A stretch of 64,000 nucleotides of DNA from a virus. Taxonomy: Duplodnaviria > Caudoviricetes. How positions within the stretch are numbered: the first letter of the stretch is position 1; each line of letters starts with the position of its first letter. A model generated the notes under the pieces. It saw only the letters and a program-made list of their open reading frames with translations. It was not told where the DNA came from and did no database searches. Positions 8,024-17,003 of the stretch are shown here, in pieces. The DNA is taken from positions 1,672 through 65,671 of the IMG/VR virus record IMGVR_UViG_3300044631_000780, one strand, 5' to 3'. A program made the position numbers and the translations under genes.

Positions 8024-8206
8024 TCATAGTGCCTCCAGTTCCTCACACAATTCTAACACATCAGCACACATAATCACACCAGGGCTTTGCTGGAGTTGGT
8101 TGATAGTTTCACGGAGAGCAAGAATGAGAGCATACTTCTCAGTCCTTTCTGAATACTTTGGTTTCCACAGGAATGCTTCCCAGATTTTTTGTGCTCTTTC
8201 AGTCAT
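8024..8206 (-). CDS. hypothetical protein
   Basis: ORF track. Confidence 0.65.
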   Translation of the reverse strand: MTERAQKIWEAFLWKPKYSERTEKYALILALRETINQLQQSPGVIMCADVLELCEELEAL

Positions 8207-8354
8207 TTTTCTTCCCGATTGCTAATAAAAACTTTGAGAGTTCTTCCATCATCCTGAAAAGACAACTCTACCTTATTATTGTCGTCCCAATTCACATAAG
8301 ACCTTCCATCTTGGTCAATCACTTCTACACGGGTTACTTTATCAGTTGAGTAAG

Positions 8355-8606
8355 TCATACTACCTCACACATAGGAAAGATTTTGGTTCTTGTTATAAAT
8401 CCTGGTTTTGTGTATTTTTCTCTATAATCTGCTGCGAATACCTTTGCTTCTTCTCTTGTATCAAATGTTCCAAAGTATCTGTGAAGTGCCTCTACACCCT
8501 CATATTTGTTATAAAGTCCCACTATCCACTTATGAGAATGTTCTGGATAAGTATCATTTTCATCAATCCAATCGTAGTATGCGTCCTTATTCATTCCACC
8601 CCTCAA
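8355..8606 (-). CDS. hypothetical protein with AP2-like YFGTFDTREEA motif
   Basis: ORF track; true start may be slightly downstream. Confidence 0.65.
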   Translation of the reverse strand: MRGGMNKDAYYDWIDENDTYPEHSHKWIVGLYNKYEGVEALHRYFGTFDTREEAKVFAADYREKYTKPGFITRTKIFPMCEVV

Positions 8607-8847
8607 AGTATTCTGTGAAAAAGTTGAAACTCAATCCAACATCACCAAACTGAAAATCTGCTCCAAAAAGAGAAGAAGAAGTAAAAAATGAGAGCATGAT
8701 GTGTAATCCACCATTACTATGGACTAAACTACTGGGGTTCTCATAATTCACCCACAGTAATGAACGATTGTTGAGAATACCAAACTGCCAAGTGCGGTCA
8801 GTTTCACCATTATCCCAAACTTTTTTGTCGTGTTGAAAGAGTTTCAC
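8587..8847 (-). CDS. hypothetical protein
   Basis: ORF track. Confidence 0.65.
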   Translation of the reverse strand: MKLFQHDKKVWDNGETDRTWQFGILNNRSLLWVNYENPSSLVHSNGGLHIMLSFFTSSSLFGADFQFGDVGLSFNFFTEYFEGWNE

Positions 8848-9074
8848 TGTGGGTCTCCAATAAGTCCAGTAGGTCCAAAAGTATCAAATGTAGTATCTTC
8901 CATCCATTCCCTCAAATCAACGATTTCATACCAATCATTACTATACTTATCTTTAGATAGTTCTTCCCATTTTTCTTTTGCTTCTTCTTCGGTAGAATAA
9001 CAAGCAACCCAATCACCAGTATAAGCAGAAGGGTAATAGTTGTCCCCAACAATCAAAAGATAAGGTTTAGTCAT
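8844..9074 (-). CDS. hypothetical protein
   Basis: ORF track. Confidence 0.7.
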   Translation of the reverse strand: MTKPYLLIVGDNYYPSAYTGDWVACYSTEEEAKEKWEELSKDKYSNDWYEIVDLREWMEDTTFDTFGPTGLIGDPQ

Positions 9075-9243
9075 CGGTCAAAGTATCCAGAAGGTTTGTA
9101 ATCACTAATGTATTGAGTTTTTAGTTGAATATCAAATGGGTCAATATCAGGGTGTTTTTCTTTGATGAAGGTTTTACACTCATCACGGGTAGAAAAGGCA
9201 CAGAGAATGTTTCCATGATAAAGTGCGACTTCAATTGCTTCAA

Positions 9244-9498
9244 TCATTCTTCATCTTCCTCTTCATCACCCTCCCAGTCAATCTCAACAGTTTCAAACTG
9301 CTCTACATTAGTGTAAGGCATAGGATTTGCGGGTCCTCCCATCTCATAATGGATTTTATCAAACAATTGTCCAAGCACTAAACTCTCAAATCCTTCTTGA
9401 TCTGGATAATCCTCCCAGTCCTCAAACATTTCAGTTGTGGGAGAAACTGTGAGAGTTCGGGTGTAAGTTACTGTGACAGCTTTGAGTTGGATTTTCAT
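9244..9498 (-). CDS. hypothetical acidic protein
   Basis: ORF track; 4-nt overlap. Confidence 0.7.
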   Translation of the reverse strand: MKIQLKAVTVTYTRTLTVSPTTEMFEDWEDYPDQEGFESLVLGQLFDKIHYEMGGPANPMPYTNVEQFETVEIDWEGDEEEDEE

Positions 9499-9773
9499 TC
9501 GTACTTAGCCTCCACTTCTTTCACACGTTCCATAAAACTATCCTCACCATGATCACCCGAATACAGATAATCAATATGCCTCATAATCTCTGCCATCTTA
9601 CGCATCTTGGTAACCTGCTCTAACAGATACTCACAAACTTCTGGTGAATATTCGTGAGCAAAACCATACTCATCTTGCTCAAAGTTGTTACATACTTCTG
9701 CTTCAAGTTCATCAGCAAACTGTGCTACCTTGTAGTATTCGTAACCACAATCGTTAAAGTGTCCGCCGCTCAT
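9495..9773 (-). CDS. conserved phage hypothetical protein (MSGGHF...SGDHGED)
   Basis: ORF track. Confidence 0.75.
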   Translation of the reverse strand: MSGGHFNDCGYEYYKVAQFADELEAEVCNNFEQDEYGFAHEYSPEVCEYLLEQVTKMRKMAEIMRHIDYLYSGDHGEDSFMERVKEVEAKYE

Positions 9774-9973
9774 TCTTCTTCCTCCAGTTCATCATCTTCT
9801 ACAGGAAACATAGCATTATACTCTTCATCAGTCAAGGAGAGCATCTGAACAAACGCTCCATTCTCTTCTGCCTCAAAGACTTCATCTTCATATACCATCA
9901 GGTAATGGGCAAAATCTTCTGGGCTGGTGCTAGCAAATTCAAGCACACCATCAATAATACAAACGTAGTTCAT
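9770..9973 (-). CDS. hypothetical acidic protein
   Basis: ORF track. Confidence 0.7.
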   Translation of the reverse strand: MNYVCIIDGVLEFASTSPEDFAHYLMVYEDEVFEAEENGAFVQMLSLTDEEYNAMFPVEDDELEEEE

Positions 9974-10320
9974 TTGGTTTCCTTTAGTTCCTCAACAAGA
10001 TTAGCAAGTTGTCCAACAGTCGCCCAAGTCCAGATCTTGGGATCTCTCTTTACAGCGATGGTGCGCCCATCTTCAGCATCGTCATACCACAGTTTGTCAC
10101 ACCATTCTTCATGAAGATCATAGCTCAGATACTCAAGGTCTTCAAGAAGATCAAAGATGTGATCAGCAATAAACTCATGCTCAATCTTGTTCTTTACTGT
10201 TTCATACAGTTCAAACTGTTTCTCAACACTCAGATTTTCAATACCATCCAGAGGAGTGTAGTTCTGTACAGCAAAGTACAGATACTCCAGTTCTTCTTTG
10301 GTGAATTCAAGACGGATCAT
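9970..10320 (-). CDS. hypothetical protein
   Basis: ORF track. Confidence 0.7.
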   Translation of the reverse strand: MIRLEFTKEELEYLYFAVQNYTPLDGIENLSVEKQFELYETVKNKIEHEFIADHIFDLLEDLEYLSYDLHEEWCDKLWYDDAEDGRTIAVKRDPKIWTWATVGQLANLVEELKETK

Positions 10321-10517
10321 TTACGCACCTCGTTGATGATAGCAACCAGAAGGATAATAGCAAGAATAGCAAGAACAATCAAAAGACTGATCCAAATGGG
10401 AGACAGAACCCACACCCACGGCCAAGTAATCTGACCAGTCAGTTTGAGAGCAATAAACAGAATGGTCAGCCAACCCGTGAAACCCATACCAGAGCGAGTA
10501 GAAGTGTTGTTAGACAT
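10317..10517 (-). CDS. small two-TM membrane protein
   Basis: GFTGWLTILFIALKLTGQITWPWVWVLSPIW; start chosen at MSNNTS, downstream of promoter copy 9. Confidence 0.75.
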   Translation of the reverse strand: MSNNTSTRSGMGFTGWLTILFIALKLTGQITWPWVWVLSPIWISLLIVLAILAIILLVAIINEVRK

Positions 10518-10538
10518 GGTTGTTTCGTTGATGTAGTT

Positions 10539-10596
10539 ATTATAGGGCAAAGCACAGAGCCCGTGACGGACCCTGTGCCAGTTGTCAAAGTGTCAC
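10539..10596 (-). promoter_or_regulatory. early promoter element copy 9 (palindrome 10575-10596; -10 TATAAT)
   Basis: gtgccagtt-gtca-aagtgtcac, 30-nt gap. Confidence 0.8.
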
Positions 10597-11009
10597 TTGT
10601 TCATTTGTAAAGTCGGGACAGGCATACCACCCTCGGTAGGAACATAGATCGTAACGTTACCATTCTTACTACCATCTTCCAGACCAGTAATATACAGATA
10701 CTGGAGATACTCACGGTTATCTTTCAACGAGTTACCGATGATCTGGTTTGCTTTGGCAACACCTTGAGCACGGATCACTTCAGCATCAGCAAGCTGTTGG
10801 GCACTATCTTTCTTTGCTTGTGCCTCAAGAACTGCCACCTGTCGGGTATATTCTGCCTTCTGAAGTTCTGCTTTACCTTGAAGTGATTGTGCCCACACAT
10901 TATACAGCGGACCAACCACAGCGTTGATAACTAGCAGTGAGAGAAGAAACGAAACACCAATAATGGTGGCATTACGCATCGTGTTGTCGGGTTTAGTTCG
11001 GTCGTTCAT
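10593..11009 (-). CDS. membrane-anchored coiled-coil protein (SPFH/prohibitin C-terminal-like)
   Basis: N-terminal TM followed by AEVIRAQGVAKANQII...YLQYLYI. Confidence 0.65.
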   Translation of the reverse strand: MNDRTKPDNTMRNATIIGVSFLLSLLVINAVVGPLYNVWAQSLQGKAELQKAEYTRQVAVLEAQAKKDSAQQLADAEVIRAQGVAKANQIIGNSLKDNREYLQYLYITGLEDGSKNGNVTIYVPTEGGMPVPTLQMNK

Positions 11010-11209
11010 TCGTCAATCTCCATAATTTCAATAATAGATTTGATCTTTTGTAAATTTTCTAAGTGTTCTGCTACTGTATCCCACTCTTCAGATAACCAGT
11101 CTAAACTGTTATCTTCAAAGTTAGTTTCTTCACGTATCTGCCATGATAGATCTTCTAAATCTCCTTCACATTGCTGAATAAACTTATCAATGGTGTCAAT
11201 GAGATCCAT
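11006..11209 (-). CDS. hypothetical acidic protein
   Basis: ORF track. Confidence 0.7.
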   Translation of the reverse strand: MDLIDTIDKFIQQCEGDLEDLSWQIREETNFEDNSLDWLSEEWDTVAEHLENLQKIKSIIEIMEIDE

Positions 11210-11523
11210 TATTCTTGTGGGGTTTGATTAGGAACTGGGGGAGGTGGTGGCGTCACTGAAGGTAGTATAGCAGGTTTGGGTGCCGTCTGGGGTGCTACAG
11301 ACACTTGTGGAAGTGGCACAGGAGCAGGGGGATTAACGTTTGTTGCCTGCTTTTCTAATGTAGAAATCTTTTCTTGTAGCTCAGTGATATGTTGTTCGTA
11401 TGTTTGATTTACTTCTTCTGCTGGTTTTGTTTGATTTTCGTTTGCCAGTTTCCATCCAGCAGCACCAGCACCAAAGATACTGGCGAGCGCAGCAACAACA
11501 GAAATGGTCTTAGTAAAACTCAT
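11209..11523 (-). CDS. hypothetical protein: signal/TM segment, coiled coil, Pro-rich tail
   Basis: ORF track. Confidence 0.75.
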   Translation of the reverse strand: MSFTKTISVVAALASIFGAGAAGWKLANENQTKPAEEVNQTYEQHITELQEKISTLEKQATNVNPPAPVPLPQVSVAPQTAPKPAILPSVTPPPPPVPNQTPQE

Positions 11524-11696
11524 TCGCCCTCCTCAAAGTCAAAGTATTCGTAGATTGAAGACATTACATGCTCTTCAAGCGATTCAAGGATAGCACCTTC
11601 ACTCGGGCTATCATTGTGTTTAAAAGCACGATGATAACCACGACGCACACCTTCTTCGATTGCCATTTCTAAGATAACACGGGTTTTAGGTTTCAT
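11520..11696 (-). CDS. hypothetical 58-aa protein
   Basis: Hand translation MKPKTRVILEMAIEEGVRRGYHRAFKH...YEYFDFEEGE; 4-nt overlap. Confidence 0.7.
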   Translation of the reverse strand: MKPKTRVILEMAIEEGVRRGYHRAFKHNDSPSEGAILESLEEHVMSSIYEYFDFEEGE

Positions 11697-11826
11697 TCTT
11701 CATCCTCCACAACTGCCCAACGATTTAGTGCCTCACGGATAGTTTTCCTAACTTCAGGATAAAGATTGTAATACCCTCCAATCTCATCCCAAAGTTCATC
11801 AATTTGTTTATCAGTGGGAATGTTAG

Positions 11827-12063
11827 TCACAAGATTACATCCTTGATTTCAGTGATAACTTCCCAGTGTGCGTCAGCTTTATCACCGAAGCGATTGCTAC
11901 CAGTGCGAGTGCTGACCCAGAAGAAGTATTTGCGGTTTTCGGAAGCAAGAAACAACTCACTGCCAGTATCCTGCTCTACAATACAAACAGGATTATTATC
12001 CATGGTATTAGCTAGACGGTTCTTCGCCTTGCTGCTTTTGGGTTTGACTACTACCTTTCGCAT
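11827..12063 (-). CDS. conserved cyanophage hypothetical protein
   Basis: ORF track; VKPKSSKAKNRLAN motif. Confidence 0.75.
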   Translation of the reverse strand: MRKVVVKPKSSKAKNRLANTMDNNPVCIVEQDTGSELFLASENRKYFFWVSTRTGSNRFGDKADAHWEVITEIKDVIL

Positions 12064-12283
12064 TTCTAAGTTCCAGTTTAAGTTTGCGGATACCAGTAAT
12101 GAAATAAGCGAAGTCTCGTGTTTCAGTCACACGAGTTTCTTCACCACACACGCCACATGTACCATTCCAAACAGATGAACAACCTACAGAATACACACCA
12201 TACTTTTGACCACATTCCATACAGGTTGTGCCTGCTTGTTCAAGTTTCTTCAGTAGTGCTCGTTTTTCTCGGATAGTAGTCAT
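12008..12283 (-). CDS. Zn-ribbon hypothetical protein
   Basis: CMECG...CGVCG. Confidence 0.65.
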   Translation of the reverse strand: MTTIREKRALLKKLEQAGTTCMECGQKYGVYSVGCSSVWNGTCGVCGEETRVTETRDFAYFITGIRKLKLELRNAKGSSQTQKQQGEEPSS

Positions 12284-12434
12284 CGGGGAACTTTTTGTCT
12301 ATGAGGTAATCATACAGCAACTGGGCGAACCCGTAATGGGGTCGTATGCCAGTTTCTAAACTGCCACTCGTTGCCACCATCCACATCATATCGAGGCGTT
12401 TATTATCAGGTATCGGTTTCGGGTTCTCCATCAT
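12240..12434 (-). CDS. hypothetical protein
   Basis: ORF track. Confidence 0.6.
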   Translation of the reverse strand: MMENPKPIPDNKRLDMMWMVATSGSLETGIRPHYGFAQLLYDYLIDKKFPDDYYPRKTSTTEET

Positions 12435-12795
12435 GATCTTCTAACTCCAATTCATTTTTTAGATTTTCCATGACTTCATCCATGGAATAAGTTTCTACTT
12501 TACCTAGCTCAATGTCCTCACACATCTGCATCAGGTATTCAAGAAACTCTTTGGGATACACATCATCCTCGTTGAGTGATGCCCAGAACCATTCAGAACA
12601 CTCTGCTTCTGGATCTTCTACTGTTCTTGGCAGAGCATAACTGTCATAGTTGGATGTCATCAAATCAGCCCAGATACGAAATGTCATTCGCATACTCTGC
12701 CATCCTGTCATCCAACAGTGTCCAATCCAATACTCCCACCAATTCATAGTGGTTTTTTTATTTGCTGTTCCTCTGATTGGTGTGCTGTATGCCAT
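12406..12795 (-). CDS. Trp-rich hypothetical protein
   Basis: ORF track; start uncertain (12795 or 12747). Confidence 0.7.
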   Translation of the reverse strand: MAYSTPIRGTANKKTTMNWWEYWIGHCWMTGWQSMRMTFRIWADLMTSNYDSYALPRTVEDPEAECSEWFWASLNEDDVYPKEFLEYLMQMCEDIELGKVETYSMDEVMENLKNELELEDHDGEPETDT

Positions 12796-13094
12796 TATCG
12801 TGATGTCCCAGGTAGGCTTTCCATCTTCCATGTGTAGGTGAGAAAGTCAAGATCAAGTCCAAACTTATACACCCAGAATATAAAACCCACCACACCACTA
12901 CTACCAAATGTGAGTTGAATGTATGGCCAACTGGGATAGTCATTCCAAGAGAATGACCACTGTAGAAGTGATCGCCTCTTGAGAGGTACAGGAAAGTGCT
13001 TATTAAAATTCAGCAGTTGGAAGTACCATGTACCACCAAAATCTTCTGCGTATGTAAATCTAAACAGGTTTAGTCTTGCGCGTGAATAACTCAT
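12795..13094 (-). CDS. hypothetical protein
   Basis: ORF track. Confidence 0.6.
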   Translation of the reverse strand: MSYSRARLNLFRFTYAEDFGGTWYFQLLNFNKHFPVPLKRRSLLQWSFSWNDYPSWPYIQLTFGSSGVVGFIFWVYKFGLDLDFLTYTWKMESLPGTSR

Positions 13095-13467
13095 AGTCCA
13101 TTAACCTACCATATTTGAAATGTATTTTAGCACGGGGCCAGTCTTCCCACGCGCCACCCCATGTTGATGTGTAGACTTCAACATATTTGGTAATGGGATG
13201 TAATCGGATTACACCATGCTTACCGTTTGGCACCCACTCAAAGTTCAACCATGCTCGCTCTTCATTATACTCTGGATCGCCAGGATTATATATTTTAAGA
13301 TCCTGAGTGTGGGAATAATCAATTACATACAAATAACCAGCAGGATCTAACCAGTATTGGGTCATGGTGCCACCAATACCTTCCTCGATGTCTTTAGTCT
13401 GACACTCTACATTTGTGAGTTTTGGTCCTAGATCAAATGATGATCTGAAGTAATCGAACATGCCCAT
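13060..13467 (-). CDS. conserved phage hypothetical protein (MGMFD...QTKD)
   Basis: ORF track. Confidence 0.75.
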   Translation of the reverse strand: MGMFDYFRSSFDLGPKLTNVECQTKDIEEGIGGTMTQYWLDPAGYLYVIDYSHTQDLKIYNPGDPEYNEERAWLNFEWVPNGKHGVIRLHPITKYVEVYTSTWGGAWEDWPRAKIHFKYGRLMDYELFTRKTKPV

Positions 13468-13476
13468 GATAGTTAC

Positions 13477-13698
13477 TCAGCGTGATGTGACACAAGTTAC
13501 ACTAATGGCAGTATCTTTGGTTGCTTCTGCCATCTCACGATATCCAAGTCCAACATACAATTGTCCAGCACATACAGCTGCTGCCATGATGCCCCAGAAC
13601 ACATAGTACCATCTGGACTTTACTTGCTGAATTGTTTGACGAAAGGGGCGCTCGTGGATGGTCTGCCCCTTGTCGGGGCTCTCAAACACAGTTTTCAT
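13477..13698 (-). CDS. hypothetical membrane protein
   Basis: FESPDKG motif plus a TM segment. Confidence 0.65.
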   Translation of the reverse strand: MKTVFESPDKGQTIHERPFRQTIQQVKSRWYYVFWGIMAAAVCAGQLYVGLGYREMAEATKDTAISVTCVTSR

Positions 13699-13897
13699 CG
13701 TCTTCTACCTTACGGAGTACAATATGGTCATCTTCAATAATCCATTCAAGCAAATCATCTTCTTCCCATCCAAGTTCATCGAAGAAATCCTCGGGAATGG
13801 GCATCAGCAGATCACCATTCTCGTCTTCATCGAGAGTAACAGTATAGTCGGTAGTCTGGTTTGTATCGTTCGATGTATTTTTTAGCATGGTTTTCAC
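13682..13897 (-). CDS. AbrB/MazE-like small protein
   Basis: VTLDEDENGDLLMPIPEDFFDELGWEEDDLLEW fits the swapped-hairpin pattern. Confidence 0.6.
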   Translation of the reverse strand: MKTMLKNTSNDTNQTTDYTVTLDEDENGDLLMPIPEDFFDELGWEEDDLLEWIIEDDHIVLRKVEDDENCV

Positions 13898-14237
13898 ATT
13901 GGAAATAACAGGTTTTCTTTTCGCTTTGGTCTTCTAACCGATATGGGAATGTATCCACATATGGGAACAATGAAAGATCAGAAGAATAAACGAGGGAGGC
14001 GGGGGTCTTCTTCGTCTTTGCGGACGAAACCTTGGGTGCGGTTGATTTCTTGCTCTTTTTCGACTGCGGACTTGATGGCGTCTTCGATTTTGACTTGCTC
14101 GTTGTCAGGGTCGTCAGATTGTCTGAGAGCTTCTTCGCAGTGCGAGCGGAGACACTCGATGAAGTCTTCTTCTGTCCAGTCGTTGAGGACTTTTTCTTGG
14201 GGGTCGTTTTGGTCCCAGTCAATTGTGAACGTGCCAT
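13827..14237 (-). CDS. hypothetical protein with basic K/S/T-rich N-terminus (overlaps next gene)
   Basis: ORF track; C-terminal FPYRLE...CYFQCENHAKKYIERY looks like a folded domain; start uncertain. Confidence 0.55.
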   Translation of the reverse strand: MARSQLTGTKTTPKKKSSTTGQKKTSSSVSARTAKKLSDNLTTLTTSKSKSKTPSSPQSKKSKKSTAPKVSSAKTKKTPASLVYSSDLSLFPYVDTFPYRLEDQSEKKTCYFQCENHAKKYIERYKPDYRLYCYSR

Positions 14238-14265
14238 CAGAGTTTTCAGTTACTGAGATTGTCAT
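13978..14265 (-). CDS. hypothetical acidic protein
   Basis: ORF track; VTENSDGTFTIDWD...WTEEDFI. Confidence 0.7.
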   Translation of the reverse strand: MTISVTENSDGTFTIDWDQNDPQEKVLNDWTEEDFIECLRSHCEEALRQSDDPDNEQVKIEDAIKSAVEKEQEINRTQGFVRKDEEDPRLPRLFF

Positions 14266-14575
14266 TTGCTTCTTCCAATGCTTCTTTAATTGCTGCCTTT
14301 AGATCACGATGGGGAATGAATACTTCATCAATCTCATCTTTGTATTCTGGTTTTTCATGCTTGAACATGGTGGATGTTTGAAAAACAAGAGAGCGTGTGA
14401 TGTCATTCATGACTTCAAAACATGACCCAGGCAAATTAGAATAGTTGCCATTACCTTTACCATACAGCTCCTCTCTCACTTTGTCAAGCATATATTTGTA
14501 TGTGGAGAGATTATCATCAAAGATGCTGTAATACAGAGTTTCATCTTCAGATGATTTAAATTTAGGAAAGTCCAT
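14246..14575 (-). CDS. hypothetical protein
   Basis: ORF track; start moved to MDFPKF. Confidence 0.65.
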   Translation of the reverse strand: MDFPKFKSSEDETLYYSIFDDNLSTYKYMLDKVREELYGKGNGNYSNLPGSCFEVMNDITRSLVFQTSTMFKHEKPEYKDEIDEVFIPHRDLKAAIKEALEEANDNLSN

Positions 14576-14715
14576 TATCATCAGGGTTTTTGGGGTTTTT
14601 AAATGTGCCGTAGTTGTATGTGTAATACAGGAAGTTGTTGATACTACGGTCAATACCTAAGCTTTCTTTGACTGCCAACCAACTCTCATACTCTAGTTGA
14701 AGATCTGGTCCCAAC

Positions 14716-14898
14716 TCAATCGTTACTTCCATTTTCCTCTCGTTTCTTTTTGATTTGAAAGAGCAGATCTTCTGCTAGGGCATGATTGTCAGTATTATAT
14801 GCCATAATATAATCTAGAATTAGAGACCTGAGTTCAGGATCTAATGGATTGGTAGAGTTCTCCAAGTTCATCTGCGTCAAAGAATAATGTAACTTCAT
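14716..14898 (-). CDS. hypothetical protein
   Basis: ORF track; start uncertain. Confidence 0.5.
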   Translation of the reverse strand: MKLHYSLTQMNLENSTNPLDPELRSLILDYIMAYNTDNHALAEDLLFQIKKKREENGSND

Positions 14899-15058
14899 TA
14901 TCTAGTTGCTCAGGATCCAACCACTCAAAGAACTCGTCAGCAAATGCCAACGCATTCTCCACTTGTTCTTCAGCAATCAGTTGTTTGAAACGGTCACATG
15001 CCCAATCGTAAATGTCATCACGATACTGGGAGATCCGCAGGCAATCTTCGTTGTTCAT
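14834..15058 (-). CDS. hypothetical acidic protein
   Basis: ORF track. Confidence 0.7.
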   Translation of the reverse strand: MNNEDCLRISQYRDDIYDWACDRFKQLIAEEQVENALAFADEFFEWLDPEQLDNEVTLFFDADELGELYQSIRS

Positions 15059-15309
15059 TTCTTGAAAAGAGTAAGTTTGTTCTGGAGGTGGTCGTAAGAT
15101 CTGAATTCTACATCATGTGGTAGCGATCTGGCAAGGGCAGCAGCGAACTCATTAGGAAATCTACTGAATACACGCCAGTATTTGGCATTCTCCTCATATG
15201 TCAGATCTTGACGAGGAGAGACGCTGATACTATACTCACCCATCGTATAACGATTGGGGAATGGTTCTACAAGCGTCTGGATGTATTCAACCAGCGGATT
15301 GTATTTCAT
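15055..15309 (-). CDS. hypothetical protein
   Basis: ORF track; 4-nt overlaps. Confidence 0.7.
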   Translation of the reverse strand: MKYNPLVEYIQTLVEPFPNRYTMGEYSISVSPRQDLTYEENAKYWRVFSRFPNEFAAALARSLPHDVEFRSYDHLQNKLTLFKK

Positions 15310-15584
15310 TTGATAAAGACCTCCAAGTGTTCTTCTGACAGTTTAGCAATCTCTTGAAGATGATAAGCTACGTGAGCAATATACTCACGCTCTTCGTCAT
15401 CTAGATGATCCCACGCAATATCGTATGATCCATCCCAATCAACGTTGCCATCTTCAAGCACAGGAGCACCGTAAATGGCATCTTGGGGATGATCAATAGC
15501 GTAGGCGTTGCCGTTAGTAACGATGTAATGCATGGTAAAGACGAACTCTGTAAGTAATTTAGCAGGGCGAACGCGGAATGTCAA
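15306..15584 (-). CDS. hypothetical protein
   Basis: ORF track. Confidence 0.65.
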   Translation of the reverse strand: MTFRVRPAKLLTEFVFTMHYIVTNGNAYAIDHPQDAIYGAPVLEDGNVDWDGSYDIAWDHLDDEEREYIAHVAYHLQEIAKLSEEHLEVFIK

Positions 15585-15587
15585 GCA

Positions 15588-15941
15588 TCACCGCATGTAC
15601 AGGTAACCGCCTGCCCAATCACACTTCTCAAGCATCTCTTCACGCTCGTTGATCACAAGCAGATTGTAGCGCACACCTTTAGCAGGAGCTTTCAGACTGG
15701 CAGGTTTGTACACATAACCGTTGGTCTTGTCAATGAAAGCATGGATGCTATCACGACGACCGTTGATGGTCATGAAGATTTTGTGATACTTACGACCAGA
15801 ACTATCCAGTTCATAACCGTAACCATCGGGAGCAACTTGCTGGAGAGCATCACACAGCATCAAGCAATACTTGACGATGTTAAGTTGAATAGTGTTACGA
15901 GCGGTTTGCTCGGAAGCGAACTGGGCGAAGGTGGTGGTCAT
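15588..15941 (-). CDS. conserved cyanophage early protein
   Basis: KYHKI...HAFIDK..G.VYKPAS.KAPAKGVRYNL motif; follows promoter copy 10. Confidence 0.8.
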   Translation of the reverse strand: MTTTFAQFASEQTARNTIQLNIVKYCLMLCDALQQVAPDGYGYELDSSGRKYHKIFMTINGRRDSIHAFIDKTNGYVYKPASLKAPAKGVRYNLLVINEREEMLEKCDWAGGYLYMR

Positions 15942-15967
15942 GGGTGGTGTCCTTTGCTGATGTAATC

Positions 15968-16025
15968 AGTATAGGGTGGATCAGAGCAGTTCCAGGGCTT
16001 CGGGTGACAGTTCTTCAACTGGCAC
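15968..16025 (-). promoter_or_regulatory. early promoter element copy 10 (palindrome 16004-16025; -10 TATACT)
   Basis: gtgacagtt-cttc-aactggcac, 30-nt gap. Confidence 0.8.
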
Positions 16026-16114
16026 ATCGCTGTCCCAGTCATGCTCAGAAAGGTCTAGATCATAACTATCCAGTTGATCCAGAATGTAACGGTCAAGCAA
16101 AACTTCTTCCATAA

Positions 16115-16420
16115 TTAACCAATAATACGATAACAAACAGTAGCGTTACCCTTGCGGGTGGATTGAATGTGCGCGAACGCAGCGTATGATAAATCTAGGT
16201 CGGCATGAGAGTAAGGTCCACGGTCATTAACACGAACAATAACCTGCTTGCCGTTGTCTTGATTAGTTACCCTAATTTTGCTGCCCATAGGCAAATGAGG
16301 ATGAGCTGCAGTCCAACGATAAGCATCAAACCGTTCTCCATTAGCGGTTTTTTGTCCATGGAAACCATCGCCAACACCGTAATATGTAGCGATGCCACAC
16401 ATCAAAGCGGCAATAATCAT
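16115..16420 (-). CDS. RlpA-like double-psi beta-barrel (lytic transglycosylase-like) protein
   Basis: GIATYYG..FHGQKTANGE...TAAHPHLPMG...VRVNDRGP...DLSYAAF. Confidence 0.9.
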   Translation of the reverse strand: MIIAALMCGIATYYGVGDGFHGQKTANGERFDAYRWTAAHPHLPMGSKIRVTNQDNGKQVIVRVNDRGPYSHADLDLSYAAFAHIQSTRKGNATVCYRIIG

Positions 16421-16572
16421 TTTTTCTTAGCGTAGATACAGTCAGGATGCCCGACAGGCATAGTAGCACACGCTCTATCGTATGCTTCAAACATCTTCTG
16501 ATCTCGTTTGATCAGCATACCATTCCACATCAGAATGGCAATAACAAGAAAGAACCAGTGATAAGTTTTCAT
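16417..16572 (-). CDS. hypothetical 51-aa membrane protein
   Basis: Hand translation MKTYHWFFLVIAILMWNGMLIKRD...; 4-nt overlaps on both sides. Confidence 0.65.
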   Translation of the reverse strand: MKTYHWFFLVIAILMWNGMLIKRDQKMFEAYDRACATMPVGHPDCIYAKKK

Positions 16573-16772
16573 TTGATGTTACCTTCAGCAATCTGGTTGA
16601 CAACGTTGCGAGCAGATTTCATGAATTGAAACGGAGTGTAGAGACCCATATCAACATAATCAAGAACATCAGAACCGTTGTAGGTGTTGACGATCAACAG
16701 ACAAGCATCGTACAAAGCAGCAAGATGTTCTTCCTTGGAGTTAAATTGGAGAGCGTTGTAGGAAGGAAGCAT
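16569..16772 (-). CDS. hypothetical protein
   Basis: ORF track; follows promoter copy 11. Confidence 0.7.
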   Translation of the reverse strand: MLPSYNALQFNSKEEHLAALYDACLLIVNTYNGSDVLDYVDMGLYTPFQFMKSARNVVNQIAEGNIK

Positions 16773-16794
16773 TGGTTTGATTGATTACTTTGTA

Positions 16795-16852
16795 AGTATA
16801 GGGTCAATCCAGCTCGGACAGGGCACTCTGTAGACAGTTCCACAACTGGCAC
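16795..16852 (-). promoter_or_regulatory. early promoter element copy 11 (palindrome 16831-16852; -10 TATACT)
   Basis: tagacagtt-ccac-aactggcac, 30-nt gap. Confidence 0.75.
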
Positions 16853-16998
16853 TGTACAGCGATGTCATCCACGCCATGGTGCTTTGCTGTGCTGCGAGCA
16901 TCACGGGCATCGTGACCCCACATCAGGTCAATCAGAAACTTGATCTGCTGGGTGTCTAGGGTCACGTTGGTGACCACAGAGGGGCAAGGATAGGTCAT
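16804..16998 (-). CDS. hypothetical protein
   Basis: ORF track; reads through palindrome copy 11. Confidence 0.55.
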   Translation of the reverse strand: MTYPCPSVVTNVTLDTQQIKFLIDLMWGHDARDARSTAKHHGVDDIAVQCQLWNCLQSALSELD

Positions 16999-17003
16999 AG
17001 GGG

